A stretch of DNA of 64,000 nucleotides from Anaerohalosphaeraceae bacterium (GCA_963675525.2 CAXXSL010000011.1:1-64000), one strand, 5' to 3'. Counted from the stretch's first letter, positions 51,842 to 62,186 are shown. Numbers and translations are program-made. The notes: a model not told the origin generated them from the letters alone.

Positions 51842-52867
51842 GTGAAACCCCAAAAACTACTAATCTGGCTGCCGTCCCCATTGGGCGACGCGATCATGGC
51901 CACGCCGGCTCTGCGAGCGTTCCGTTCGCATTTTAACGAGGCGCATATTACTTTTTTAACTTCGGAATTTACCCGCCAGATACTGTCACCTTCGCCGTTC
52001 TGCGATGACTGGATCACCCAGCCGAAAGGTTTTTACCAAACCGTTCAAAGACTCAGGCCGCACCGGTTCGATGCGGCGGTCTTGTTAAAAAACTCATTCA
52101 GCTCTGCACTGACGGTTCGGCTGGCGGCAATCGCCCAGCGCATCGGCTATGCGCGCGACGGGCGGTCGTTTTTACTGACAGAAAGTATCTCCCCACTGCG
52201 AACCGAAACAGGTAATTATAAACCCGCACCCATGACGGACTATTATTTAAAGATCGCCGAACATCTGGGCGCCCCTGTCGAAAGTCAAAAACCGCAACTG
52301 TCCGTCACCAAAGAATCGGTTCAGGCCGTAACGGAAAAACTACCGGACATTATAAATACTAAGGGGCCGCTCATCATTCTCGTTCCGGGCGGGGCCTTCG
52401 GGCCGAGTAAACTCTGGATGAATGAACGATACGCCAAACTGGCCGACAAGCTGCACCAAATGTATCAGGCCACGATCGTACTTTCCGTTGCTCCGATCAA
52501 AGAAGAAATTCAGATTGCCGAAGAGATCTGCGAGCAAGCCGAATCGAATGTAATACATCTGGGAAAAACAGGGCTGTCCGGCGGCGAATTGAAAGCTTTG
52601 TTCAGTCTGGCGAATCTGGTCATCACGAATGATACCGGCCCTCGGCACATTGCCATCGCGCTGGATAAACATACCATTAGTCTTTTCGGCCCGAACAACC
52701 CGCAATGGACGCAGACCGGGCACGACAAGGAGATCCAGATCGTCGGCAAAGCTCCCTGTGTGCCCTGCGATAAACCCCAATGCCGACAAAACCAACATCT
52801 CTGCATGGAATCGATTGCCGTCGAAGATGTGTTACAAGCCGCCAAACAATTCCTGGAGGTGAAATAA
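51842..52867 (+). CDS. waaF: LPS heptosyltransferase II (GT9)
   Basis: PSPLGDAIM, RIGY..DGR, PGGAFGPSKLW, TNDTGPRH, FGP. Confidence 0.9.
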   Translation: MKPQKLLIWLPSPLGDAIMATPALRAFRSHFNEAHITFLTSEFTRQILSPSPFCDDWITQPKGFYQTVQRLRPHRFDAAVLLKNSFSSALTVRLAAIAQRIGYARDGRSFLLTESISPLRTETGNYKPAPMTDYYLKIAEHLGAPVESQKPQLSVTKESVQAVTEKLPDIINTKGPLIILVPGGAFGPSKLWMNERYAKLADKLHQMYQATIVLSVAPIKEEIQIAEEICEQAESNVIHLGKTGLSGGELKALFSLANLVITNDTGPRHIAIALDKHTISLFGPNNPQWTQTGHDKEIQIVGKAPCVPCDKPQCRQNQHLCMESIAVEDVLQAAKQFLEVK

Positions 52868-52868
52868 C

Positions 52869-53726
52869 ATGACGACAAGCCTGATAGAATCTTCGCCTGG
52901 ATTTTATATTGATAAAGACTGCCGAAATCTCCTGTCACAAATGGGGCTGGATTCCGTCGAGGCCGTATTTGCCTTTGAGCAGGGCCAAAACCTCATCAAG
53001 TCCAACCTGGCCCCGTGGCGGCATCGTATTCGTTTCCAACTGCCAAACGGCCAATATGCCTACTTGAAACGCTATGACCATCCGCCTAAAAGTGTCCAGC
53101 TAAAAGCATGGACCCAGCACGGGCAGCGCTGCTTCCTGAGCGATTACGATAAGGGTCCCTTGGATATTTCGCAGGCCGATGTTTCAATTCCGAAAACCAT
53201 TGCCTGCGGCGGACAATGGCAGGGTTTCTTTGAAAAGCAAAGTTTTATTATCACACTTGAACTGGAAAATGCCCGCTCGCTCGAAAAGAGGTTGCCGGAG
53301 TGTTTTTATTCTAACACCCCCGATTCTTACAAGGACCGAAAAGAATTTATCCGAAAACTCGCCGATTTCATCCGGCGGTTTCACGCAACCGGTTATCGTC
53401 ACCGCGACCTTTATCTGGCCCACATTTTTTTGTCCGACAACGGGACTTTGTCACTGATCGACCTGCACCGATGTTTTCGTCCCAAATATCTCAAATCTCG
53501 CTATCAAATCAAGGATCTGGCTCAACTGCATTATTCCTGCCCGGGCCAAACGATCTCGGTTGCAGACAGAATTGGCTTTTACCGCTGTTATGCCGGCGTC
53601 AAACGGTTGACCGCCGCTGATAAAGCCTGCATACAAAAAATCCATGCCAAGGCCCTGCGCATTGCCCGGCACGACCGAAAGCACGGCCGGGATGTTCCAT
53701 TTGAAATAAAAAGCAGAGAAGGTTAG
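52869..53726 (+). CDS. LPS core kinase (WaaP/InaA/Kdo-kinase family)
   Basis: YLKRY, HRDLYLAHI, LIDLHR, KDLAQL. Confidence 0.85.
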   Translation: MTTSLIESSPGFYIDKDCRNLLSQMGLDSVEAVFAFEQGQNLIKSNLAPWRHRIRFQLPNGQYAYLKRYDHPPKSVQLKAWTQHGQRCFLSDYDKGPLDISQADVSIPKTIACGGQWQGFFEKQSFIITLELENARSLEKRLPECFYSNTPDSYKDRKEFIRKLADFIRRFHATGYRHRDLYLAHIFLSDNGTLSLIDLHRCFRPKYLKSRYQIKDLAQLHYSCPGQTISVADRIGFYRCYAGVKRLTAADKACIQKIHAKALRIARHDRKHGRDVPFEIKSREG

Positions 53727-53736
53727 AATACGAATC

Positions 53737-54915
53737 ATGCTGAAAGTTGCCATCATCATTGAACGAGCAGAGATCGGCCTGGGCGGCGCCGAGCGATCGG
53801 TGTCCGAACTGACCGCTGAACTGCGGCGGCAAGGCGTTGACGCAACGATCCTGGCCGCCAAGGGAACAGCTTCTGAAAACACGATGATTCTCTGCCAGGA
53901 CTATGCGGGCAAGCGAGTGCCCCTGAAGGTTTTCGAGAATGTGCTGCGAGTGCATCTTGAAAACAATGCGTATGATATCGTCCACAGCACCCTGCCATTA
54001 ACAATTGCCGACATTTACCAACCCCGCGGCGGCAGTTACAAAGAGGCCGTGCTTCAAAACATCGCCTCTTACGACTGCCCTTGCGAGCGGCTACTCAAAC
54101 GATGCACGCACCGGCTCAACCTGAAACGGACGCAGTATTTAAACGCCGAACAAAAACTCTGTGCCACCGGCAATCACGTCATCGTCGCGGCCTTGAGCAA
54201 CACTGTCAAAGAGGCATTTCAAAAACATTACCATCTGCCGGATGACCGGATTGCGGTGATTCCCAACGGCATCAATACCCAAATGCAGCCGGATGAAAAA
54301 ACCACCGGAGAAATACGGACGAATATTCTGAACTCGATTACAGTCCCGGAAGATAAAACACCGGTATTCTTTTTATTCGCCGCCAATAACCCGCGACTGA
54401 AAGGCTTACGAAAACTACTGCAGGCTTTTGAAGATATCACATTTAATGCTTATGTTCATCCGATACTCATTGTCGTTGGCAGTAAAGGTCTGGGGCCTTA
54501 TGAAGATTTATCAAAGAATCTTTTGTTAAAAGACCATGTTATTTCGCTTGGCAGTCAAGCTAACATCTGTAACATTCTTTCTATTTGTGATGTCTCAGTT
54601 CTCCCAACATATTATGACCCATGTTCACGTTTTATCCTTGAATCATTGGCAATGAGCAAACCCGTTATAACAACATCCTGCAACGGGGCTGCCGAGCGAT
54701 TTGTGAATAAACTGCACGGCATAACAATTAAAGAACCAGATTACCCGCTTTTAATGGACGCCCTTTCATATTTCTGTGACCTCAAAAATATTGAACTTGC
54801 AAGCAAGGCAATCCTCGATGATAATCTCAAGGAAGATGTTTCGATTACTAAACACGTAAAGACATTAATTGGACTATACGACAAAATCATAACCCAAAAA
54901 GGAAGTGTTAAATAA
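53737..54915 (+). CDS. Family 4 glycosyltransferase (WaaG-like)
   Basis: GGAER, VIPNGI, LKG, LPTYYDPCS..ILES.A...PVIT. Confidence 0.88.
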   Translation: MLKVAIIIERAEIGLGGAERSVSELTAELRRQGVDATILAAKGTASENTMILCQDYAGKRVPLKVFENVLRVHLENNAYDIVHSTLPLTIADIYQPRGGSYKEAVLQNIASYDCPCERLLKRCTHRLNLKRTQYLNAEQKLCATGNHVIVAALSNTVKEAFQKHYHLPDDRIAVIPNGINTQMQPDEKTTGEIRTNILNSITVPEDKTPVFFLFAANNPRLKGLRKLLQAFEDITFNAYVHPILIVVGSKGLGPYEDLSKNLLLKDHVISLGSQANICNILSICDVSVLPTYYDPCSRFILESLAMSKPVITTSCNGAAERFVNKLHGITIKEPDYPLLMDALSYFCDLKNIELASKAILDDNLKEDVSITKHVKTLIGLYDKIITQKGSVK

Positions 54916-55580
54916 TGCCTTACATCCCGCCAGTTTTTTTTCTGATGGTTCTTTTCGCCTATCTTTTAGGTTCGATACCGTTCGGTTTTCTGATTGCCAA
55001 AGCTCAAGGCATCGACTTGCGCATAGTCGGCTCCGGCAACATCGGGGCGACTAACACCGCGCGGGCGCTCGGCAAAAAATGGGGGATACTCTGCATGCTG
55101 CTCGATATCTTAAAGGGATTGGTGCCGATGCTGGTAGTACGTGAGCAAAATGCAGACCCGCTGCAACTGACGCTATGGCTGCTGATCGGCTGCGCGGCGG
55201 TTTTGGGACATGTGTTTCCAGTCTATCTGAAATTCAAAGGCGGCAAAGGCGTCGCCACCAGTTTGGGGATCGTATTAGGATTGTGGCCGTATTACACGCT
55301 TTGCGGAATCGCCGCATTTGCCGTCTGGGTAATTTTTCTGCTGATCTGGCGATATGTTTCGGTGGCCTCCATCGCCGCGGCGATTTGTTTTCCGGTTTTT
55401 CTGGGAGTAGCGATCCTTTATGTTGAAAGCTGGAAAATCCGGCAACTCTGGCCCTTGCTGATCATCGCCGTGCTCATGGCTCTGCTGGTCGTCATCCGGC
55501 ATACCGATAACATCAAACGGCTCATGGAAGGCACCGAAAACAAAAGCTTCCAAACGAAAACCGCACCGACGGACGATTAA
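54915..55580 (+). CDS. plsY: Glycerol-3-phosphate acyltransferase
   Basis: YLLGSIP, GSGNIGATN, GH.FP...F.GGKGVAT, RH..NI.RL. Confidence 0.96.
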   Translation: MPYIPPVFFLMVLFAYLLGSIPFGFLIAKAQGIDLRIVGSGNIGATNTARALGKKWGILCMLLDILKGLVPMLVVREQNADPLQLTLWLLIGCAAVLGHVFPVYLKFKGGKGVATSLGIVLGLWPYYTLCGIAAFAVWVIFLLIWRYVSVASIAAAICFPVFLGVAILYVESWKIRQLWPLLIIAVLMALLVVIRHTDNIKRLMEGTENKSFQTKTAPTDD

Positions 55581-55582
55581 TA

Positions 55583-57745
55583 CTATCGTAATGCTTCAAT
55601 AGCTTTATGGAATTCAGCAAACTCGGTAATCGGTTGTTGACAGACAAAATCTTCACACAGATAAACCGTCACGTTATCATTAATTGCTTTGCGTTCCTTG
55701 ACTGTTTCAGCGATTTCTTCCAGTAACGAAATGTCTATTTCCGGATTCCGTATCAATATCACTGTTCTCGGCAGGAAGTGTTTTCGCAGCTGCCCCAACA
55801 TGACTTGTGTTTCTGATTGTCGCGATTGGTCGGCAATGACAATTTCAGACCGCGGCCCAAGCCACAAATCGGCCGCAATCAACATTTCCGTCAATGAAGT
55901 GCCCTTATTTTTTAGGTCACCCTGATAAAATTTAAGCACTTTTTCCGCCGACATCATCCATTTCTTCTGTCCGGTCAATTCCGCCAGACGAATTAACTCG
56001 GCCGCAGCAACGGAGTTTCCGGAGGGAATCGCTCCATCATAACCGGGACGTGTGCGCACCACCAATTCTTCTGCATCGCTGCCGGTCAAATAGAATCCGC
56101 CGGTTTGTTTGTCTTCAAAAAGTTGTGTCATCTGCCCGACCAGTTCAACGGCCTTTTTCAGCCAGACGGGGTTGAAATCGGCCTGGTATAAGTCAATCAA
56201 TCCCCGAATCAGATAGACATAATCATTCAACACCGCGTATTCATGAGCTTGGCCGTTGGCGTAATATCGCATCAAACGTCGGTCTTTGTATAGGTTTTGG
56301 AGAACGAAATCCGCACTTTTTTGGGCGGCCTGGATATATTCAGGCTCAACCAATACCGCCCCGCCATAGGCCAACGAGGAAATCATCAATCCATTCCAAC
56401 CGGTGATGATCTTTTCGTCACGATGGGGTCGAATCCGTTTTTCTCTTGCGGTAAATAATTTTCTTCGGGCACTGTCAAGAATCTTAACTGCATCATCCAT
56501 GTCCACGTCTGCGTTTTTGGCCGCCTCTGAAAGCGGCATTGCCACATGGAGAATACTTTTGCGACGCTCGAAATTGCCCCGGTCTGTCACACCATAATAA
56601 GATGTTACCAGTTCTGCTTCTTTTCGGCTAAGCAGTTTATCAATCTGTTTTGGCTCCCAGACATAAAAAACTCCTTCATGGCCTTGGCTGTCTGCGTCTT
56701 CAGCACTGTAAAACCCTCCTCCGGGACTGATCATGTCACGGCGTACATAGTCAAATATTTCCTTTAGCACCTTTCGGTAGTCATCTTTGCCTGTTATCTG
56801 GTACGCCTGAACAAGAGAGCGGCTAATCAGGGCCTGATCATACAGCATCTTTTCAAAATGCGGAACGAGCCATTGCCGGTCAACCGAATACCGGTGAAAG
56901 CCGCCTCCCAAATGGTCATAGATGCCGCCGTTGGCCATTTTTTCAAGTGTACTTTCCACCATGGCAAGCGAATTTTCGTTATCTGTCCGATGCGAATAAA
57001 TCATCAGAAATGACAGCATGCTCGGTTGGGGGAACTTTGGAGCGGTGCCAAATCCCCCAAACTGTGGATCATAGATCTGCTTGAGGAGTTCGGCTGTACT
57101 TTTTAATGTTCCTTCATCTAATTTCAGTTTGCCGGATTCCTGTACTTTTTCCTTCAAAAATGAGGTGATCTCATCGGCAGAGGTGAGTATTTTATCCCTC
57201 CGGTTTTGCCATGCATCCTGAATCGAAGCCAGCAGGTTTTCAAAACCAGTCTTTCCATACGAATCGGCCGGCGGGAAGTATGTTCCACCATAGAACGGTT
57301 TGCCATCCGCCGTCAAAAAGACCGACAACGGCCAGCCACCACTGCCGGTCGTTTTTTGCACGAAGTCCATATAAACCGCATCGATGTCTGGGCGTTCTTC
57401 ACGGTCAACCTTGATCGAAACGAAATTCGCATTGAGGATTTTTGCAATGTGTTCATTCTCAAAGCTCTCGTGTGCCATCACATGGCACCAATGGCACGTT
57501 GAATAGCCGATCGACAGAAAGATGGGTTTATCCTCCCGCTTTGCCGTTTCAAATGCCTCACTGCCCCACGGGAACCAGTCAACGGGATTCTGTGCATGCT
57601 GCAGCAGATAAGGGCTGGCCTCATGGATCAGGCGATTGGATTGTTTGTATTCCGTATCTTTTGTCACAGGCTCACTTTTTCCGCATGAAACCACGGCCAA
57701 ACAGAGGAATATGACGCCGAAAGTCTTTGTCCCTCGAAACATCAC
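55583..57745 (-). CDS. Thioredoxin-domain YyaL/SPATA20-like (DUF255) protein, probable lipoprotein
   Basis: [38 protein letters not shown]-terminal VVSC lipobox. Confidence 0.93.
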   Translation of the reverse strand: MMFRGTKTFGVIFLCLAVVSCGKSEPVTKDTEYKQSNRLIHEASPYLLQHAQNPVDWFPWGSEAFETAKREDKPIFLSIGYSTCHWCHVMAHESFENEHIAKILNANFVSIKVDREERPDIDAVYMDFVQKTTGSGGWPLSVFLTADGKPFYGGTYFPPADSYGKTGFENLLASIQDAWQNRRDKILTSADEITSFLKEKVQESGKLKLDEGTLKSTAELLKQIYDPQFGGFGTAPKFPQPSMLSFLMIYSHRTDNENSLAMVESTLEKMANGGIYDHLGGGFHRYSVDRQWLVPHFEKMLYDQALISRSLVQAYQITGKDDYRKVLKEIFDYVRRDMISPGGGFYSAEDADSQGHEGVFYVWEPKQIDKLLSRKEAELVTSYYGVTDRGNFERRKSILHVAMPLSEAAKNADVDMDDAVKILDSARRKLFTAREKRIRPHRDEKIITGWNGLMISSLAYGGAVLVEPEYIQAAQKSADFVLQNLYKDRRLMRYYANGQAHEYAVLNDYVYLIRGLIDLYQADFNPVWLKKAVELVGQMTQLFEDKQTGGFYLTGSDAEELVVRTRPGYDGAIPSGNSVAAAELIRLAELTGQKKWMMSAEKVLKFYQGDLKNKGTSLTEMLIAADLWLGPRSEIVIADQSRQSETQVMLGQLRKHFLPRTVILIRNPEIDISLLEEIAETVKERKAINDNVTVYLCEDFVCQQPITEFAEFHKAIEALR

Positions 57746-57762
57746 AAAACCCCTGTCTGAAA

Positions 57763-58392
57763 TTAAAAATCTTTGGCTATCTCTTTGGCTTTTTCGATGG
57801 AAGATCCAATCATCTTTTCGATATCTTCCGGGCTGCCGTGCAGCGTCGGCTCCACAATGATCGACTGGATATTTTCAAAGCCCATAAAGCCAAAAATCAG
57901 TTCCATATACTTTTTCTGCAGATCAAACGATTCCGCCTCGCTGCCTTCCGCATAGGCCCCGCCGCGGGCGTAAACAACCAGAACGGGTTTTCCTGTAACC
58001 AATCCCTGATACCCCTGATCGGTAACCGTAAATGTATACCCCGGCTGCACGATCAGATCGAGATACTGTTTGAGTCGGTACGGTATCCCAAAGTTCCACA
58101 TCGGCACAGAAAGAAGATATTTGTCCGCATCCTTAAAATCGGCGATCACCTTTTCGACATCGTCCCAGGCCTGACGTTCTTCGGGGGTATGGTCATTGCC
58201 GTGCATGATCGTGTATTTGGCCTGAACCGCCAAACCGTCAAACACCGGAAGGTCTTCTTCAAATACGTTAAGCGTCCGGACCACGTCAGCCGGATGGCTC
58301 TGTCGATAACTGTCAATAAACCCGGCCGCAACCTGTGTTGACTTCGAACGGTCTTTTCTGGGTGATGCCTGAAGATACAGTAGTTTCGCCAT
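57763..58392 (-). CDS. azoR: FMN-dependent NADH-azoreductase
   Basis: [28 protein letters not shown]. Confidence 0.92.
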   Translation of the reverse strand: MAKLLYLQASPRKDRSKSTQVAAGFIDSYRQSHPADVVRTLNVFEEDLPVFDGLAVQAKYTIMHGNDHTPEERQAWDDVEKVIADFKDADKYLLSVPMWNFGIPYRLKQYLDLIVQPGYTFTVTDQGYQGLVTGKPVLVVYARGGAYAEGSEAESFDLQKKYMELIFGFMGFENIQSIIVEPTLHGSPEDIEKMIGSSIEKAKEIAKDF

Positions 58393-58421
58393 AAATAGTT
58401 CCTTTCATTGGTTATGCTGTA

Positions 58422-58449
58422 TATACGCATATAGGGAATATCCGTTCAG
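58422..58449 (-). promoter_or_regulatory. ECF-sigma promoter upstream of azoR
   Basis: CTGAAC-N16-CGTATA on the minus strand. Confidence 0.55.
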
Positions 58450-58541
58450 AGGTTTTTCAACCCAACAGAGCCAAAAAAAAATTGAATAATTGCATTTATT
58501 TGATATACTTCCAGACAAAACCATAGTGAAAGGAGTCTGCT

Positions 58542-59309
58542 GTGAAATATAAACTATTGTTCTGTCTGGTGTTTATCAGCCTGTTTACGGTCGCTCTTGC
58601 AGAGGATTCAGCCCCTCCGAAACCCGAATCCACATTCATGGCCGGCGTGGGAACGATCATTTCTGATAAACCCTATAAAGGCGGCGACACGGAAATTATG
58701 ACAATCCCGATGATTCTCTACCGGAATGACCGTCTGGTTTTTTCAGGTACAAAAATAAGCTACTATCTGATCTACCAGGATGGTTGGAGCGTGAGCATTC
58801 TGGGAGCGCCACGATTTGAGGGGTACGATGATGATGAAAGCATCCACCTGAACGGCATGCACGACAGAAAAGCGACCTATGAAATGGGCATGGAATGTTC
58901 CAGATCGTTTGACTGGGGCACGCTGTCCGGCAAGTTTTTCGCCGATATTCTGGGCAAACATAACGGTCAGGAAGTTCAACTCACCTACAAGAAAAGCTTC
59001 GAGGATGTCCTGAACGTCAAAAGCCTCAGCCTGACCCCCCTGTTCGGCCTGAACTGGCGGAGCAAACAATTGAATGACTATTATTTCGGCGTCGAAGGAA
59101 ATGAAACGACGGCGACCCGGCCGGAATACCACGCCGGCAGCTCAACCGGCATCCTGACAAGTCTGCGAGTCGATTATCCCCTTGGCCGGCGATGGAGCCT
59201 CTTCGGTTCCGTAAACGCCGAATGGCTCAGCAATAAGATTACAGACAGCCCGATCGTTGACGAGGATTATATGCTTTCGGTTATATTGGGAGCAATGTAC
59301 CGTTTTTAA
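58542..59309 (+). CDS. MipA/OmpV-family outer-membrane protein
   Basis: Signal peptide, PY.G, YYFGV, I.DSPIV, C-terminal YRF. Confidence 0.9.
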   Translation: MKYKLLFCLVFISLFTVALAEDSAPPKPESTFMAGVGTIISDKPYKGGDTEIMTIPMILYRNDRLVFSGTKISYYLIYQDGWSVSILGAPRFEGYDDDESIHLNGMHDRKATYEMGMECSRSFDWGTLSGKFFADILGKHNGQEVQLTYKKSFEDVLNVKSLSLTPLFGLNWRSKQLNDYYFGVEGNETTATRPEYHAGSSTGILTSLRVDYPLGRRWSLFGSVNAEWLSNKITDSPIVDEDYMLSVILGAMYRF

Positions 59310-59316
59310 GCGTGTA

Positions 59317-60354
59317 CTATAAATCAAAGCCCGCGATTTCAGCGCCGCACTGCGGGCAGCGGTAATCGTCGATGAGGTTCTGCCGGATTTGATACCCTTG
59401 GCGGTCGATCAATAACGCCCCGCAGCTATAACAATAGGTTGACTCGGTCCGAGCCCCCGGCAGGTTGCCTGTGTACACATACCGTAAGCCCGCCTGTCGA
59501 CCGATATCATACGCCCGCTCAAGCACTTTTTCGTCTGTCGGTCCGGTCTCCCTCATTTTATGTTGCGGATAGAAACGGCTGACATGCCAGGGAGTGTCAA
59601 CGGAGATATCCTTGGCAATAAACTCCGCGATCGAACGTAATTCTTCATCCGAATCATTCTTGCCAGGCACGATCAACGTGGTCAGTTCCAGCCAGATATT
59701 GGTCTTTTGAGCAACATAGCGTATCGTTTCAAGCACCGGCCCCAGACGCGACTTACACAAATCGTGATAGTATTCTTCCGTAAAGGCCTTCAGGTCGATA
59801 TTGATTCCGTCCAGCCAGGGTTTGGCAAAATCAACGGCTTCAATGCTCATGAATCCATTGCTCACAAATACATTACGAAGCCCCTTTTTTTTGGCTAACT
59901 GAGCTGTTTCACAGCACAACTCCATGAAAATAGTCGGCTCCGTATAGGTATAGGCGATGCTCTGACAGCCTGTTTGAACGGCCGTTTCGACAATTCGTTC
60001 GGGCAAGCAACTTTCGCCATCCAAAACGTTTTGTTGGTACGGCATTTGGCTGATCTGCCAGTTCTGACAGAAGACACATTGAAAATTGCAACCGGGAGCA
60101 GCGATCGAAAAGCTGCGCGAGCCAGGCTGAAAATGAAATAGGGGTTTTTTTTCGATGGGGTCGGCATTGGCCGCACAGACTTTGTCATAATTCAACGAAT
60201 AAAGAACACCCTCAATATTCCGGCGAACATGACAGCGCCCGACAGCGCCTGCCTGTATCACACACTTCCAGTTGCAAAGCAAACAACGCACGTTCTTATT
60301 CTCAGTCGCATTCCATAGAACCGCTTTTTTCAGATTTGTCTGCTTCTGACTCAT
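59317..60354 (-). CDS. amrS: AmmeMemoRadiSam system radical SAM enzyme
   Basis: C.LC...C....G..G.C.VR, DPIEKKPLFHF.PG, CNFQCVFCQNW.ISQ, YTYTEP, YVYTGN, C-terminal CxxC pairs. Confidence 0.93.
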   Translation of the reverse strand: MSQKQTNLKKAVLWNATENKNVRCLLCNWKCVIQAGAVGRCHVRRNIEGVLYSLNYDKVCAANADPIEKKPLFHFQPGSRSFSIAAPGCNFQCVFCQNWQISQMPYQQNVLDGESCLPERIVETAVQTGCQSIAYTYTEPTIFMELCCETAQLAKKKGLRNVFVSNGFMSIEAVDFAKPWLDGINIDLKAFTEEYYHDLCKSRLGPVLETIRYVAQKTNIWLELTTLIVPGKNDSDEELRSIAEFIAKDISVDTPWHVSRFYPQHKMRETGPTDEKVLERAYDIGRQAGLRYVYTGNLPGARTESTYCYSCGALLIDRQGYQIRQNLIDDYRCPQCGAEIAGFDL

Positions 60355-60420
60355 ATAGGTGATATTATAAAACAACAGGGAGAAAATGAAAAGAAAACTT
60401 TAGAAGGGAATTCAGCGCAT

Positions 60421-60552
60421 AAAAAAAGGGATGGCCGGCTCTTTTAAGTTATTTAAACAAAATGTGGGCCGCCGTCCCTGTTGCCGCTGTGCCTGATTTG
60501 TGCCTTACCATGGATGGCACGTGGCGTCATGCGCCTGGATTGCACCGACAAC
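60421..60552 (-). ncRNA. Candidate structured small RNA or leader RNA, family not recognised
   Basis: Begins 7 nt after a TTGACA-N17-TATACT promoter, can fold into a three-way junction, and ends in a hairpin plus T7. Confidence 0.5.
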
Positions 60553-60558
60553 ATACAA

Positions 60559-60587
60559 AGTATACTCAAAAATAGCTTCAATGTCAA
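60559..60587 (-). promoter_or_regulatory. Near-consensus sigma70 promoter for the candidate RNA
   Basis: TTGACA-N17-TATACT. Confidence 0.75.
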
Positions 60588-60619
60588 GGGGCAGTTGTCA
60601 CAATCACCGGAGAATCTTC

Positions 60620-61276
60620 TTATCTGTCTGTTTTAACCAATACATCTAGATATTTAACGCCCCATTTTTTTGCCTGGCTGTGAGAATCAAAATACAAATC
60701 CAGGCGATTTCCCTTGATAACTCTGCCTCGATCAAGAACTTGCACCGATTGCGTACTATTGTATCCCGGGATGATCATTTGTGTACCAAATCGATAGTAT
60801 TTGTCGGCCGCAACGAAAACGTCCCCTTTGCGGATTCGGCGATTACTGGCCGTTTTGCCATCCGAAAATTTTCCGCAGCATTTCCGGCAGGTACAGTACC
60901 CTGTCACGCGCATACGAACAACATGCCAGGACTCTTTATTTTCAAGCTTGTCATAGGCAATCTCGAAATCGTCCTTCATGAGCATTGAAACAAGGCGTTT
61001 GTCGGTATCCTCAGGCGGCAGCATTTCAGAAACATCCTCGGTATTCTCAGACAACAGCATTTCAGATGCATCCTCATAATCCGCAGCGACCTGCATTTCA
61101 TCAGAAACAGGGGGGGATGGGAACGTGATACGCAGGAAGATCAATGAACCTTCCGCCTGTGTTACTGCAGGATAGATAAAAAAGCCTACAAAACAGGAAA
61201 ACAAAACGATGCCGGAAACAATACCGTAAAACTTCCTGCTTTTCAGTTGGATGAGCTTTACCCAGATATTCTTCAA
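60620..61276 (-). CDS. Membrane-anchored 3D-domain cell-wall protein
   Basis: N-terminal TM, VTGYC, TAS, VAAD, FGT...IPGY, DRG..IKGNRLDLYF, WG. A 36-bp tandem duplication (61011-61082) encodes ED.SEML. Confidence 0.9.
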   Translation of the reverse strand: MKNIWVKLIQLKSRKFYGIVSGIVLFSCFVGFFIYPAVTQAEGSLIFLRITFPSPPVSDEMQVAADYEDASEMLLSENTEDVSEMLPPEDTDKRLVSMLMKDDFEIAYDKLENKESWHVVRMRVTGYCTCRKCCGKFSDGKTASNRRIRKGDVFVAADKYYRFGTQMIIPGYNSTQSVQVLDRGRVIKGNRLDLYFDSHSQAKKWGVKYLDVLVKTDR

Positions 61277-61645
61277 TGCAAAAACCTTTCAAACATATAA
61301 TTTTTCTGCCGAATCCACAATGGATTCATGACCAATCTCACAACATACCCATTTATTCGCAGTTGTGTTGTCGCCTGTCTCGAAAGGCCATCCATTTCAT
61401 GAAGCAAAAAGCCCCCATTTGCCATGGGGGCTTTCATGTGACTTCTTAGTTGTGGGTTTATGATAGTGAGTATAAAGCTTTTTGTCAAGAAATTTCAGGA
61501 AAGACTTTTCGAGAAAGACCGATAATTAATTGAATAAACGCACTAAGATGTGATAAAAAAAGATTTTACATTAAATCAGGGGTTCTGGACTCCGGAAGTA
61601 TAGTCCGCATTTATTCTTGTGTGGTTTTTCAAAAAACATGAAATT

Positions 61646-61674
61646 AAAAAGCCGCAGGCATCCTTGCCCACGAC
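61646..61674 (-). terminator. Intrinsic terminator after the 28-aa micro-ORF
   Basis: GTCGTGGGCA-AGGA-TGCCTGCGGC-TTTTT on the minus strand. Confidence 0.65.
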
Positions 61675-61705
61675 TATCAGTACAAGTATCATAAACTACC
61701 GGTTT

Positions 61706-61792
61706 TCAGGCACTTGCGATACACGCAACCAAAGCCCAAAACGCTAAATATGAAGAGTACTCCATTAACAGATATGTGACTTTTCTTTCCAC
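61706..61792 (-). CDS. Putative 28-aa hydrophobic small protein MERKVTYLLMEYSSYLAFWALVACIASA
   Basis: TTGCAA-N16-TATAAT promoter (61831-61858), AAGGAGG before a GTG start (short spacing), downstream terminator. Confidence 0.45.
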   Translation of the reverse strand: MERKVTYLLMEYSSYLAFWALVACIASA

Positions 61793-61888
61793 CGCCTCCT
61801 TGAATGATTAACAATGACGATTCGTGTAGAATTATAACGGGTTACTCATGGGTTGCAAACATTTTTTTGTGACATTTTAAGGTTTAAT

Positions 61889-61990
61889 TTACCTTCCTTT
61901 TCCCCTGCCCCGGCTGACAAAAAAAACAATCAATGCCGTAACAATAACAACAACAAGAACTTCGCTCGGACCTAATAAAACCGCAACCAT
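61889..61990 (-). CDS. Putative 33-aa single-TM small protein MVAVLLGPSEVLVVVIVTALIVFFVSRGRGKGR
   Basis: TTGACT-N16-GATAAT upstream, GAGGGA RBS, one TM followed by a basic tail. Confidence 0.6.
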   Translation of the reverse strand: MVAVLLGPSEVLVVVIVTALIVFFVSRGRGKGR

Positions 61991-62186
61991 ATATTCCCTC
62001 ATTTATTCGACACGCTTATTTATAAGAATTATCATTTCTTTTGACGGATAGTCAACTCTTTTTTGTATACCTTTTAAAACCGGCCTTTTTCGCATACTTA
62101 AAAAATCAGATTTTTTATTTGCACCCCTGTTTCGTTTTATTATATTAATAGTCGCAGAAATGGGTTACACAGGAAGGAATTGCATT

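Noticed and set aside
60453..60554. Leaderless 33-aa peptide MLSVQSRR... inside the candidate RNA
   Set aside because: The ATG begins 2 nt before the predicted +1, there is no RBS, and the region is better explained by base-paired structure.
61277..61460. c-di-AMP (ydaO) riboswitch before the 3D-domain gene
   Set aside because: Only a GAATCC fragment resembles it; the other conserved elements are not visible.
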